From Candidatus Thorarchaeota archaeon (GTDB taxonomy: Archaea; Asgardarchaeota; Thorarchaeia; Thorarchaeales; Thorarchaeaceae): a stretch of DNA of 39,552 nt. Each line of letters opens with the position of its first letter. Positions within the stretch are counted from its first letter, which is position 1. This document shows positions 18,023 through 27,500 of the stretch, one piece after another. Location of the stretch: contig JAUVHR010000001.1 of NCBI GenBank assembly GCA_030593165.1, forward strand, positions 91,025-130,576. Reading direction: 5' to 3'. Made by a program: the position numbers and the translations under genes. Under the pieces are notes generated by a model. That model made no database searches. It saw only the letters and a program-made list of their open reading frames with translations, and was not told the DNA's origin.

Positions 18023-18409
18023 ATGTCACTCAATCCTTACGAGCTGAAGCGTCTTTCAAAAGAACAGCTTGGGCAGAATGATATAGAATTCTTCAGAGAA
18101 CGGTATGGCAAGAGGTTTGTGAGAGCATATCGAGCATTTGAAGAGAGCCGAGTGACCAAGTATGTTTTCCGGCCCAGTGAGTCGGTAAAGTGGACGGTCA
18201 AGGGGCGCAAGAGGCAGTACTTGGTAATTCCTGAAATCTTTTGCACATGCAGGGATTTCTACCAGTCCGTGGTAATAAACGGCGAGGCCAAGATGTGTTA
18301 TCATCTTCTAGCACAGCAAATTGCAGCAATCCGAAAACATCACAACACAATCGATAGCACTGATGTTGAACGGAGAAAGCTGTATTCTGAGTGGCGTAAG
18401 ACCGGTTAA
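18023..18409 (+). CDS. SWIM zinc-finger protein (COG5431 / SWS1-like)
   Basis: CTC-X15-CYHLLA. Confidence 0.85.
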   Translation: MSLNPYELKRLSKEQLGQNDIEFFRERYGKRFVRAYRAFEESRVTKYVFRPSESVKWTVKGRKRQYLVIPEIFCTCRDFYQSVVINGEAKMCYHLLAQQIAAIRKHHNTIDSTDVERRKLYSEWRKTG

Positions 18410-18500
18410 TCATTGTAGTTCATTGGATTGTATGAAGTAAGGTTTAAAACACAGCCCAGATTTTGGCACGCTGTCTGAGCGAAGAGGTCGGATGTAGTTC

Positions 18501-19610
18501 ATGTTACGTTTCAAGAGAGTACCACAAATTGCTGTTGTCATGATTACACTCATGTTAGTGATGACGTGTTTTCAGGGTGAAGTATCTGCTCAGACTGAAG
18601 ACATTGACCAAGTTGTGGTCCTTTTTGATCAGACTCACTTGAATCAATTCACAGCAGATGATGAAGCGCACGGTCTGAAATTGATGCTTGATATGGTGAA
18701 CACATCGACGAAATACATCGTACGAGTCAACATAGGTGACCCTCTCAATGAAACCATATTGAGCGATGTCGATATCCTAATCATAGCTGAACCGGACAGC
18801 TCAGCTGAATTTCAAGAGGATGAGGTCAGTGCGATTGCCGAGTTCTTGGCAAATGACAGCTCTCTGCTAGTTCTCGGTGGACCGACAATCGCCCAGAACT
18901 CAACTTACTGGATCGAACAACCATTCCGAGACACAGGAGACAACCTCGCTCTGAACAACTTCTTTGATGCAATCAATATGACCAGCGTTCGTTTCAGTGT
19001 GAATGAATCAGCTGACGGGACAATCAGGGCAGACACAATGTTTGACTATGAACACGCATTGAATGCATCAATCCCTTGGGTACTCGAGCTAGATTCCACA
19101 ACATGGGATACAACTCACCCAATCTTCAATGACATCAACTCTCTAATCACAATGGTCGGAACACTGAAACCAATTGATGTACCCAGTGCAGTTGCCACTG
19201 GCTATGACACATCTTTCGCACAATACCGCCGAGGTCCCAACACTTGGGCCAATGCTTCATTTCCAAACATGACTTTGGCGGAGTTCGAGGAGAAACCACT
19301 CTCCTATTCGGCGATAAATGGCACATTCCCGCCGTGGATGGCGGTTTTCGAGTTTGATGAGAGCAGAGTGATTGTAGCAGGCTCGACTATCATGTTCTCG
19401 GGACGGAATCTAGACTTTCCAGAGGCTAATTCCTTGTCTGAGCTTCAGTGGTTCTATCAGGCAGACAATTCACGCCTGTTCATGAATATGTTGAACTGGC
19501 TTTCCCAAGACTTCGTGGAATCACCAAGTGCAATCGTACCGATGGCTATTATATCATCTGCCATACTAATTCTTGGAGTAGCAGTCTACCTATTCAGGAA
19601 GATACGGTGA
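18501..19610 (+). CDS. Membrane-anchored extracellular glycoprotein with GIFT/DUF4350-like domain
   Basis: Signal peptide, VLFDQTH, DILIIAEP, DNSRLFMNMLNWL, C-terminal TM plus RKIR; 10 N-X-S/T sequons. Confidence 0.8.
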   Translation: MLRFKRVPQIAVVMITLMLVMTCFQGEVSAQTEDIDQVVVLFDQTHLNQFTADDEAHGLKLMLDMVNTSTKYIVRVNIGDPLNETILSDVDILIIAEPDSSAEFQEDEVSAIAEFLANDSSLLVLGGPTIAQNSTYWIEQPFRDTGDNLALNNFFDAINMTSVRFSVNESADGTIRADTMFDYEHALNASIPWVLELDSTTWDTTHPIFNDINSLITMVGTLKPIDVPSAVATGYDTSFAQYRRGPNTWANASFPNMTLAEFEEKPLSYSAINGTFPPWMAVFEFDESRVIVAGSTIMFSGRNLDFPEANSLSELQWFYQADNSRLFMNMLNWLSQDFVESPSAIVPMAIISSAILILGVAVYLFRKIR

Positions 19611-19615
19611 TTTCC

Positions 19616-20224
19616 TTACCATTGTGGTCTAGGAAGTTTCCGGAGTTCAAGAGTCTTCTCTACAGCCTTTCGCAAATCATCTATTCCATCTCTCTTGCTA
19701 GCTGCAGTTACGATTATTCTCGGTTCAACTCCCGGTACAGCTTTCCTCATTTTCTCCCGCATAAACTCGAGCTCTTTTGGCAAGTCCTTCTTTCGGAGCT
19801 TGTCACTCTTATTTGCTACAATAATGACCTCTGGTGAGATTTCTGAAAGAAAGCTGTAGAACTCAACATCAACTGGTATCTCTCCTCTACTATCCCATCT
19901 CTCGAAAAGAGTGCGAAATAGGGATATATCCGTGATCAAAACGGAGAGGATGATTCGCTCACTCCATTTTTCCAGTTTCTGAATAAGAGATGTCTTCATC
20001 TCCTCGATAGCTGTTTTACTCTGTCCAGCCATGTACCCGAAGCCCGCAAGATCGACGATTACAAATGGACCAACATCAACCAATTGCTCCCATTTTGTAC
20101 TTCCTGGACGTTTGCCTATGCGCACTTTCTTGCCAGTCAGTTCTCTTACAGTACTACTTTTTCCAACATTGCTTCTTCCTGCAAAAACTATGAATGGCTT
20201 GTCTTTGTCAGTCCCCGGATTCAT
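19616..20224 (-). CDS. engB: EngB/YihA-family GTPase
   Basis: GRSNVGKSS, RPGST, DLAGFGY, NKSD. Confidence 0.92.
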   Translation of the reverse strand: MNPGTDKDKPFIVFAGRSNVGKSSTVRELTGKKVRIGKRPGSTKWEQLVDVGPFVIVDLAGFGYMAGQSKTAIEEMKTSLIQKLEKWSERIILSVLITDISLFRTLFERWDSRGEIPVDVEFYSFLSEISPEVIIVANKSDKLRKKDLPKELEFMREKMRKAVPGVEPRIIVTAASKRDGIDDLRKAVEKTLELRKLPRPQW

Positions 20225-20457
20225 CCGTTGCTCTCCTTCTTCATTACAAGTCTACGTACTTCGTTGACTAAGATCCGAATATCAGTTCTCAAAGTCACTT
20301 CAGCAGTTTCCATCTTGGAAAGAATCGCTTGGATGAATTGCTCGATGGACTCTGTTTCTGTACCCAGTTCTTGTATAAGAACTCTTAACGTTTCCAGATT
20401 AGCTATGTGTGATGCAATATTACCAAAAGCAAGTTGAATAAACGACTCAAGATTCAT
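20221..20457 (-). CDS. Hypothetical helical protein (78 aa)
   Basis: ATGA overlap with engB start, GGGAG SD, amphipathic helices. Confidence 0.7.
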   Translation of the reverse strand: MNLESFIQLAFGNIASHIANLETLRVLIQELGTETESIEQFIQAILSKMETAEVTLRTDIRILVNEVRRLVMKKESNG

Positions 20458-20488
20458 TGAGAGTCTTCTCCCAGAAGACTAATGACTA

Positions 20489-20602
20489 CTACTCCTCTTC
20501 TTCTTCACCATAAATCATGTAGCCCAGAATCAAGAATAGGGCTAGAATACCCAATGTACTAAGGATGATAGGCAGGACATCTACAAGAAAGCTGGGCTGC
20601 AT
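20489..20602 (-). CDS. Unannotated 37-aa single-pass membrane micropeptide with acidic tail
   Basis: MQPSFLVDVLPIILSTLGILALFLILGYMIYGEEEEE, double TAG stop, TTATAAG about 30 nt upstream, GAGGGTG SD-like. Confidence 0.7.
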   Translation of the reverse strand: MQPSFLVDVLPIILSTLGILALFLILGYMIYGEEEEE

Positions 20603-20673
20603 ATGAATCTCGCACCCTCGGATGAACTCCGCTTATAATGGTTCCTGATTGTTGGCATTGCTCAACATGCCAA

Positions 20674-20928
20674 CTAGGTGTCCTCTTCCTCTCTGGCCGC
20701 GTAGAACTTGTCTATGAATGCACCGTAGATGTCAACAGATTCGGTAAGAGGGTTGAGATCTTCAATGTTCATTTCAAGATCACAAGATCCACACTTCACT
20801 GTTGCAAACTTTGCGTCACGATGGAGTTCAATCTTGATAGCAGTATTACCACAGTCCGGACAGTCATAGACATCGGGAATTCGTTTCTGTGGTCTGCGTC
20901 GAACCTTCTGGCGTCGTCGTCTTCCCAT
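20674..20928 (-). CDS. elf1: Transcription elongation factor Elf1
   Basis: MGRRRR basic N-terminus, CPDC...CGSC zinc ribbon, VDIYGAFID. Confidence 0.93.
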   Translation of the reverse strand: MGRRRRQKVRRRPQKRIPDVYDCPDCGNTAIKIELHRDAKFATVKCGSCDLEMNIEDLNPLTESVDIYGAFIDKFYAAREEEDT

Positions 20929-21025
20929 TGTTACTCACCTTAGCCTATTTCACACAATACGAGCAGAGGCCCGAAAGAAACAGACAGGCTCAGCCTCGAC
21001 GGATTTTATTTAAGCGTTTTGTTAA

Positions 21026-21313
21026 GTGACCTCAGTCGTACAGAAGGTTTCTTATGACGAAGAGCTTCGACCCCAATCCATGTCAGACCTATCAAAGAAC
21101 GCACAATGCGTTCTTCGTGCGCTGGAATCGTCAGAATCCCTGACCACATCAGAGATTCTTGAGATTGCTCGAAGACCCGAGTATTCCGACTTGTGTGCTG
21201 ATTGCGCTGGGGGTGACTCCTTTGTGGTCGCAGCAAACCAGCTGGTTGAGAAAGGAATGATCAAGAAGAAGTTCGGTAAAGGCGGATACCGCTGGTCTAT
21301 TGTGAGGGAGTAA
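21026..21313 (+). CDS. Small winged-helix-like protein with CxxC
   Basis: LSKNAQCVLRAL...LTTSEI...CADC...NQLVEKGMIKKKFGKGGYRWSI; 1 nt from sufS start. Confidence 0.75.
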   Translation: MTSVVQKVSYDEELRPQSMSDLSKNAQCVLRALESSESLTTSEILEIARRPEYSDLCADCAGGDSFVVAANQLVEKGMIKKKFGKGGYRWSIVRE

Positions 21314-21314
21314 C

Positions 21315-22556
21315 ATGGTTGATTGGGCAAGGGTGAGAGATGATTTTCCGGTCCTTAGGCGAGTAATCAATGGTCATAGACTTGTTTACCTAGACAGTGC
21401 ATGCATGGCACTCAAACCCCGTCAGGTCATAGATGCCATGAGTGAGTACTATGAACAGTATCCCGCATGTGCAGGAAGGAGCATCCACAAACTTGGCGAG
21501 GAAGCATCAGAGGCTTACTCTGCATCAAGAGGGAAGTTCGCAAAGTTCATCAATGCTGCCGAGCCGGAAGAATGCGTTTGGACCCGAAATGCCACAGAGT
21601 CAATGAACATGGTTGCGAACTGTGTGAAGCTTGACAAAGACGCCAAAATCGTCACAACTACTCTAGAACATCACAGTGGTTCACTGCCCTTCATAGAACG
21701 AGCAAGACGGGACGGTCTCAAAATCGGGTTAGTCGAGGCCAAGGAAGATGGCACTTTTGATATTGAGGACTGGAAGGAGATCATAGACGGCAAGACAAAA
21801 TTGGTTTCTGTAGTACACTCATCCAATGTCACCGGTACTGTTGCTCCAATCAAAGAGATAACCGAGATTGCACATGATCGAGGAGCATTGGTGATGTCTG
21901 ATGATGCTCAATACGCACCCCACCATCCGCTTGATGTGCAAGATATGGACGTGGATTTTTCAGCCATTTCTGCTCACAAGATGGTTGGCCCGACTGGCGT
22001 CGGAGTCCTCTACGGCAAGATGGAACACCTCAAGTCAATGGACATGTTTCTTGTCGGTGGCGATACTGTTGCTGATGTGCGTTATGAGAATGGGAAGATT
22101 ATTCCAGAGTACCTTCCTCCACCAGAAAAGTTCGAGGCAGGTCTTCAGAACTATGCTGGCGCTATAGGCGCAGGAGTCGCAGCCGAGTATCTTACTGGCA
22201 TTGGTCTTCGTGAGATTGAGAAACACGAAAGGGGTCTCTTGGCCACGGCGCTCAATGAACTGAAACAGATGGATCATGTTCGTATCTTTGGTACTGATGA
22301 TGTCAGTATAAAGACGGGTCTAGTCACATTCCTCATTGACACGGTGGACACAGCTCATGACATTGCAACTTTTCTCAATGATGAATACAGTGTGATGGTC
22401 AGGAGTGGTGCACACTGCGTACATCCATTCCACTACCAGCTGGGTATCTCTCCATCAAAGGGAACCGCACGGGCCAGTTTCTATCTATATAACACCCAAG
22501 ACGATGTGTCACGATTCATTGAAGGAATCAGGGTGTTAATTGCGGCGAGCGTCTAG
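21315..22556 (+). CDS. sufS: Cysteine desulfurase, group II (SufS/CsdA)
   Basis: VYLDSA, EHHS, SAHKM (PLP Lys), FEAG, RSGAHC, RASFYLYN. Confidence 0.93.
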   Translation: MVDWARVRDDFPVLRRVINGHRLVYLDSACMALKPRQVIDAMSEYYEQYPACAGRSIHKLGEEASEAYSASRGKFAKFINAAEPEECVWTRNATESMNMVANCVKLDKDAKIVTTTLEHHSGSLPFIERARRDGLKIGLVEAKEDGTFDIEDWKEIIDGKTKLVSVVHSSNVTGTVAPIKEITEIAHDRGALVMSDDAQYAPHHPLDVQDMDVDFSAISAHKMVGPTGVGVLYGKMEHLKSMDMFLVGGDTVADVRYENGKIIPEYLPPPEKFEAGLQNYAGAIGAGVAAEYLTGIGLREIEKHERGLLATALNELKQMDHVRIFGTDDVSIKTGLVTFLIDTVDTAHDIATFLNDEYSVMVRSGAHCVHPFHYQLGISPSKGTARASFYLYNTQDDVSRFIEGIRVLIAASV

Positions 22557-24340
22557 TGCTTGTCTAGGTCTTCTCTGGTCAGTTTTGCTGCCTGTTTCAG
22601 GTCAGTTTCTACAAGACGACTGGCAGTAATCTCAATCTCTTCTCTGTACTTGCTCACACGACCCTGAACTGTGACATGTTTTCCGATTATCATGTCTTTA
22701 CTGACATCTATCGGTTCTGTTTCGACCCCAGATTTTTCTATCAGCTCGTGTGCTTCCTGTGCGGTTACTCCCAAAATCTTCTCCCCAACTCTACCGAAGA
22801 GCATAACTTTGATAGAACCTGTACTATCATCATCAGGAGAACCAGTACCATCATCTAGCGTGATCTTGAATGCAACTCTATGTTCAGGCTTCATCTCACT
22901 GTCACATTTTTGACAGAAGTAATCACTACCCTTCTCAGTTAATTTCTTGCCGCACTCTGGACAGGCGGGGTAGATGGGTGATACATTTGAAACTCCAACA
23001 ATAAGCCCAGAAATTTCGACACTTCGGCCTTCTGAGCTCTCATCAATATTCCTAATAATCATCCTCTCAGCAGCAATGAGAGTCTGCTGTCCGGCGTCTG
23101 TTATCTCAAGGTCAGCCAACTCTGTGTTTTCCGGATTGATTTCGATTTCCGACCTGCGACCGACTTGGTACTCTATCCTACCTTCGCGTTCTCTTACGTA
23201 TCCATGCTTGATTCTAATTACGTCACCTACCTGTAGGTCTGCAATCTTGTCCACATCATCATTCCAAAAAGTGATGCGAAGTTCCCCACCAGATTCGTCA
23301 TGAATGAAGATATTCTGAACCCTGCCCTTTCTATCTTCTTTCTCCCATTCATTGGCAGGGAAGAGTCTAGTGACTTTGCCCTCTACATCGACGTCCTTCA
23401 TATCCGGTGTTAATTCGGCTATTGTTTTTCGTCCTAGAGTTTCCGCAAAACTACTTGTTACCTCTGTACCTTCGACATCCTTAAGTTTGCCCTTGATATC
23501 GCGTTCAATTGCCGATGACCTACTACTGTGAACCTCCAAACCTGATTGAGATGTTCTTGTATAGGCTTGTGTGACACGAATTACTTCACCTGGTTGGACA
23601 CCATCCATTTCCTCAGCAAGATTATCCCAAAAGACTACTCGAATGCTGCCGCTCTCATCTGCCCCGATGATACTCAGTACCTTTCCTTCATTACCATCTT
23701 TCTTGCGAGTGAAGGTTGAGAGTCTGAATGCTCGAACTACCTTTACCAAGACAGTGACATCGAACATCCCATCCTGAAGGCCGCCAACTCCTGCGATATC
23801 TGCTTCGGTTACGTCGAAATCAACATCATCCGCCTCGTAGTCTTCGAGGACTCTAATGCCTCCCATACGCCCCAAGTTTAGTTCCAATGCATCTCGAAAT
23901 CCTTTCTTTACATAAGCTCCCCGTACTTGGACGAAAGAGCCTAGTGTGACATGACCATCCGATATTGCTTGTGTCATATCATCCCAAAGCGCCACTCGGA
24001 TTCTACCAGTGTCGTCGGCAATAATGACACTTGCAACCTTGCCTTCAGTACCATCTTTTCTTGTGAATGTACGGACCGTCCCAACTTCGACTACCTTGGC
24101 GGTGAGCGTAACACTTCTTGTTCCTTCAGTAATGTCGTCAATTCTAAAACGCGCTCCGGACGATTCTTGGGAGAGATCGACACCTAATTCGCGTGCAACA
24201 ATCATTGCGGCAGACTCTTCGTTGATTACATCTGCTCCAAGCTCTTCTCGCTTTTCCCGAATCATGACGAGAATGGCCTCCCTATCGTATTGTGGTAGGT
24301 GTTTCAATATTTGTTCAATTGTTTCTTCCAGTGAAAGCAT
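22553..24340 (-). CDS. rpa: Replication protein A, large multi-OB subunit with Zn finger
   Basis: Three DxTG/SG..R..FW OB repeats plus C-terminal OB with YPACPEC...CQKC. Confidence 0.92.
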   Translation of the reverse strand: MLSLEETIEQILKHLPQYDREAILVMIREKREELGADVINEESAAMIVARELGVDLSQESSGARFRIDDITEGTRSVTLTAKVVEVGTVRTFTRKDGTEGKVASVIIADDTGRIRVALWDDMTQAISDGHVTLGSFVQVRGAYVKKGFRDALELNLGRMGGIRVLEDYEADDVDFDVTEADIAGVGGLQDGMFDVTVLVKVVRAFRLSTFTRKKDGNEGKVLSIIGADESGSIRVVFWDNLAEEMDGVQPGEVIRVTQAYTRTSQSGLEVHSSRSSAIERDIKGKLKDVEGTEVTSSFAETLGRKTIAELTPDMKDVDVEGKVTRLFPANEWEKEDRKGRVQNIFIHDESGGELRITFWNDDVDKIADLQVGDVIRIKHGYVREREGRIEYQVGRRSEIEINPENTELADLEITDAGQQTLIAAERMIIRNIDESSEGRSVEISGLIVGVSNVSPIYPACPECGKKLTEKGSDYFCQKCDSEMKPEHRVAFKITLDDGTGSPDDDSTGSIKVMLFGRVGEKILGVTAQEAHELIEKSGVETEPIDVSKDMIIGKHVTVQGRVSKYREEIEITASRLVETDLKQAAKLTREDLDKH

Positions 24341-24531
24341 AATGTCATCATTCCGGTCTTTCCTAGTCCTCTCTCAATTAATCATCCTATGAGACTCCTA
24401 TAAAAGCCCTGCTCGCTTGTTCCGAGCTAACGCCATTCCAGTCCCATTCTTCATACTGTAAAACTGAGCGCGTTTTATCGAGCAGGCCGAAAAGTCAAAT
24501 ACAGAATATGTCAGCAACCACATGACACATT

Positions 24532-27500
24532 GTGAAAGATACTGGTCTAACTCTTCCCAAGCATAGTTTCAACTACGGGATATACTTCGAGGAATTAAAC
24601 TCAGAAATCGAGCGCATCTATGCTATTGCAGAAGCCGCAAGAGCTAAGGGTGTCGATCCATCAACTAGAGTCGAAATCCCACCTGCGCATGACGTAGCAG
24701 GCCGTGTCGAGGCAACTTTAGAAGGTCCTAAAGGCGTAGCAAAAAGAATTCGTGAACTACAGAAAACAAAGCCCCGAGAGGAAGTCGCTTTCGAAGTTGC
24801 GAAGGAGATTGCACTGTCCGAGCTTGGAGGGATAGAAGACAGAGAGAAGGCAGCAGACAAAGCAGTTCGTGTGGCTCTCTCAATTCTTACTGAGAGCATA
24901 ACTGCAGCACCCATAGAAGGCATTGCAAAGGTCCGTATCAGAGGCTCCGGGGCTGATCAGTATCTTGCAATCTACCTCGCTGGTCCAATTCGTGCTGCGG
25001 GTGGAACAGAGGCAGCCATGACAGTTCTGGTTGCAGATTACGTGCGTCAAGTTCTTGATCTACCTTCTTTCAAGGCGACCGAACTTGAGATAGAACGCGC
25101 CTTGGAAGAGGTAGAACTCTATTCGAGAGCAGCGAATCTTCAATACACAGTACATCCAGAATTAATCAAGCTCGCTGCATCGAAGATGCCTATAATGCTA
25201 ACTGGCGAGCCCACGGAAGAGTTCGAAGTATCTGGTAGCAGAGATATCGAACGTATTGAAACTAACCGTGTCAGAGGCGGCGCGGTCTTGGTACTCAACG
25301 ATGGAGTGGTAGGTCGTGCTGCAAAACTGGCCAAAATCGTGGATCGCCTAGAAATGCCCGGGTGGGAGTGGTTGGACACTCTTGTCAAAGCAACGTCCAA
25401 GACGGATACTCCCGAGAGCGATGATCCGTCGAAAAAACTCGAACCAAAATCAGACTATCTGGTTGATGTTATAGGAGGGCGACCTGTATTCTCACACCCC
25501 TCTCGAGTTGGAGGATTTCGACTTAGATATGGGCGATCCAGAAACACTGGACTTGCAGCAGTTGGAGTTCATCCTGCGACCATGTACGTTGTTGAGGAAT
25601 TTCTTGCTCCCGGTACTCACATCCGCACAGAACGACCGGGAAAGGGGTCAATTGTTTCACCTGTTGACACAATCGAGGGTCCAATCATACTCCTGAAGAA
25701 TGGCACTGTGAAACAGATATCATCTGCTGACGATGCACGAAACCTTGAGGGGAAAATAGAACGCATAATCTACTTGGGTGACATTCTTGTTGCACTCGGC
25801 GAATTCCTAGAGAATAATCATCCTCTAGTTCCTTCTGGATACTGTGAAGAATGGTGGTCACATGATTTGGACCAAGCCTGTAATCATCTGAGCAAGACGG
25901 AACTTGAACGCCGCCTTGCTAAGATAGACCTCACACCGGAAGAGCTTGCAGAGTTCATCGAGTCACCTCTATCAATAGTCCCATCGTCAAAGCATGCATT
26001 GAATCTGTCCAAACAATTCAAGGTCCCACTACATCCCCGGTATCTATACAGATGGCGAGTTCTCAACACTGTGGAGTTCTTCAAGTTTCGTTCTTGGTTC
26101 TTATCAAAGTACAGGATAAAGAAAGAACCCGTAGGTGATGTGATTACACTCCCTAATAACGCAAAACAAAAGGCCATCCTCGAAAAGCTAGGGATACCAC
26201 ACACACTCAATGAGAGTGGCAAGCAGCTTCGAATAACAGACGACTCTTTCACTGTACTTGCCCAGCTTGGTAAAGGTGATACTGGAGAAACTAAAACAGA
26301 GGACGTTCTAGCAATACTAAACACAGTAGCTGATGTAGAATTACGCGACAAATTAGGGTTTTCCATTGGAGCCAGAATGGGGCGGCCCGAGAAGGCAGAA
26401 GAACGCAAGATGCATCCGCCAGTCCAAGTGCTTTTTCCAGTTGGTCGTACAAAAGGTAGTGAACGACGACTAGAACACGTGGCAAGAAGTGTTCAAGCAG
26501 TGCAAACACTAGATTCCTTTGATATTGATACCGATGAGGTTTCTAGATCTTCTATGATATCAGGGACATCTCTCGAGCTTGTTTCAAGGACATGTCCAGC
26601 CTGTGGAAACAAGACTTTTGAGTCCAGATGTCCGGAATGCGGATTCCATACTGAGATTGAAAGGTGGTGCTCCCAAGATGACTGTGGACTGCCAATTGAT
26701 GAAACTACTGGAATGTGTCCCAGAAGTCATGATGTCAACCAGATCCGTTCCACTAGGGACATCATTGTTGATATGCAGGATTTGCTTGATAGGACCAAGG
26801 TTGAGGTCAATGAGCCCCAGACCTATAATCCTCGTGGCGTTCTAGGTCTCACCAGTGATTCGAAGATTCCAGAATACCTAGGAAAGGGCATTCTCCGTGC
26901 AAAGCACGGGGTCTATTGCTATCGGGATGGTACAACCAGATTCGATGTGACTGACGCTCCTCTGACACACTTTACACCGAAAGAGATTGGGGTCTCAGTA
27001 GAAAGCCTTGAGGAGATAGGCTATTACTCTGACTATAAGGGAGAACCACTTGTTGACGAGAATCAAATAGTTGAACTCAAGGTCCAAGACATTATAATTC
27101 CCGAGAACGGCGCAGATTACATGATCAGGGTTGGCAAGTTCGTTGATGACTGTTTGGAGAAAATCTATGGGCTTGAGAGATACTACAACTTCTCCGAACC
27201 CAATGATATTGTTGGACAACTAGTGATTGGTCTTGCCCCACATACTTCCGCGGGTATAATCGGACGGATAATCGGTTTCACCAACGCAAGTATATGCTAT
27301 GCCCATCCTTACTGGCATGCTGCAAAACGGAGGAACTGTGATGGTGACGAGGATGCACTCCTACTTGTCTTGGACGCATTGATCAACTTTTCCAAGTCCT
27401 ATCTTCCGGCTGGGAGAGGTGGTTTTATGGACGCTCCTCTTGTTCTGTCAGTTATTCTCAACCCTTCAGAGGTTGATGATGAGGCACACAACATTGAGGT

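Noticed and set aside
24324-24531. ORB-like TTCCAGTGAAA suggesting a replication origin near rpa/DP2
   Set aside because: Single imperfect copy inside the RPA coding start, no G-string, no AT-rich unwinding element, no cdc6
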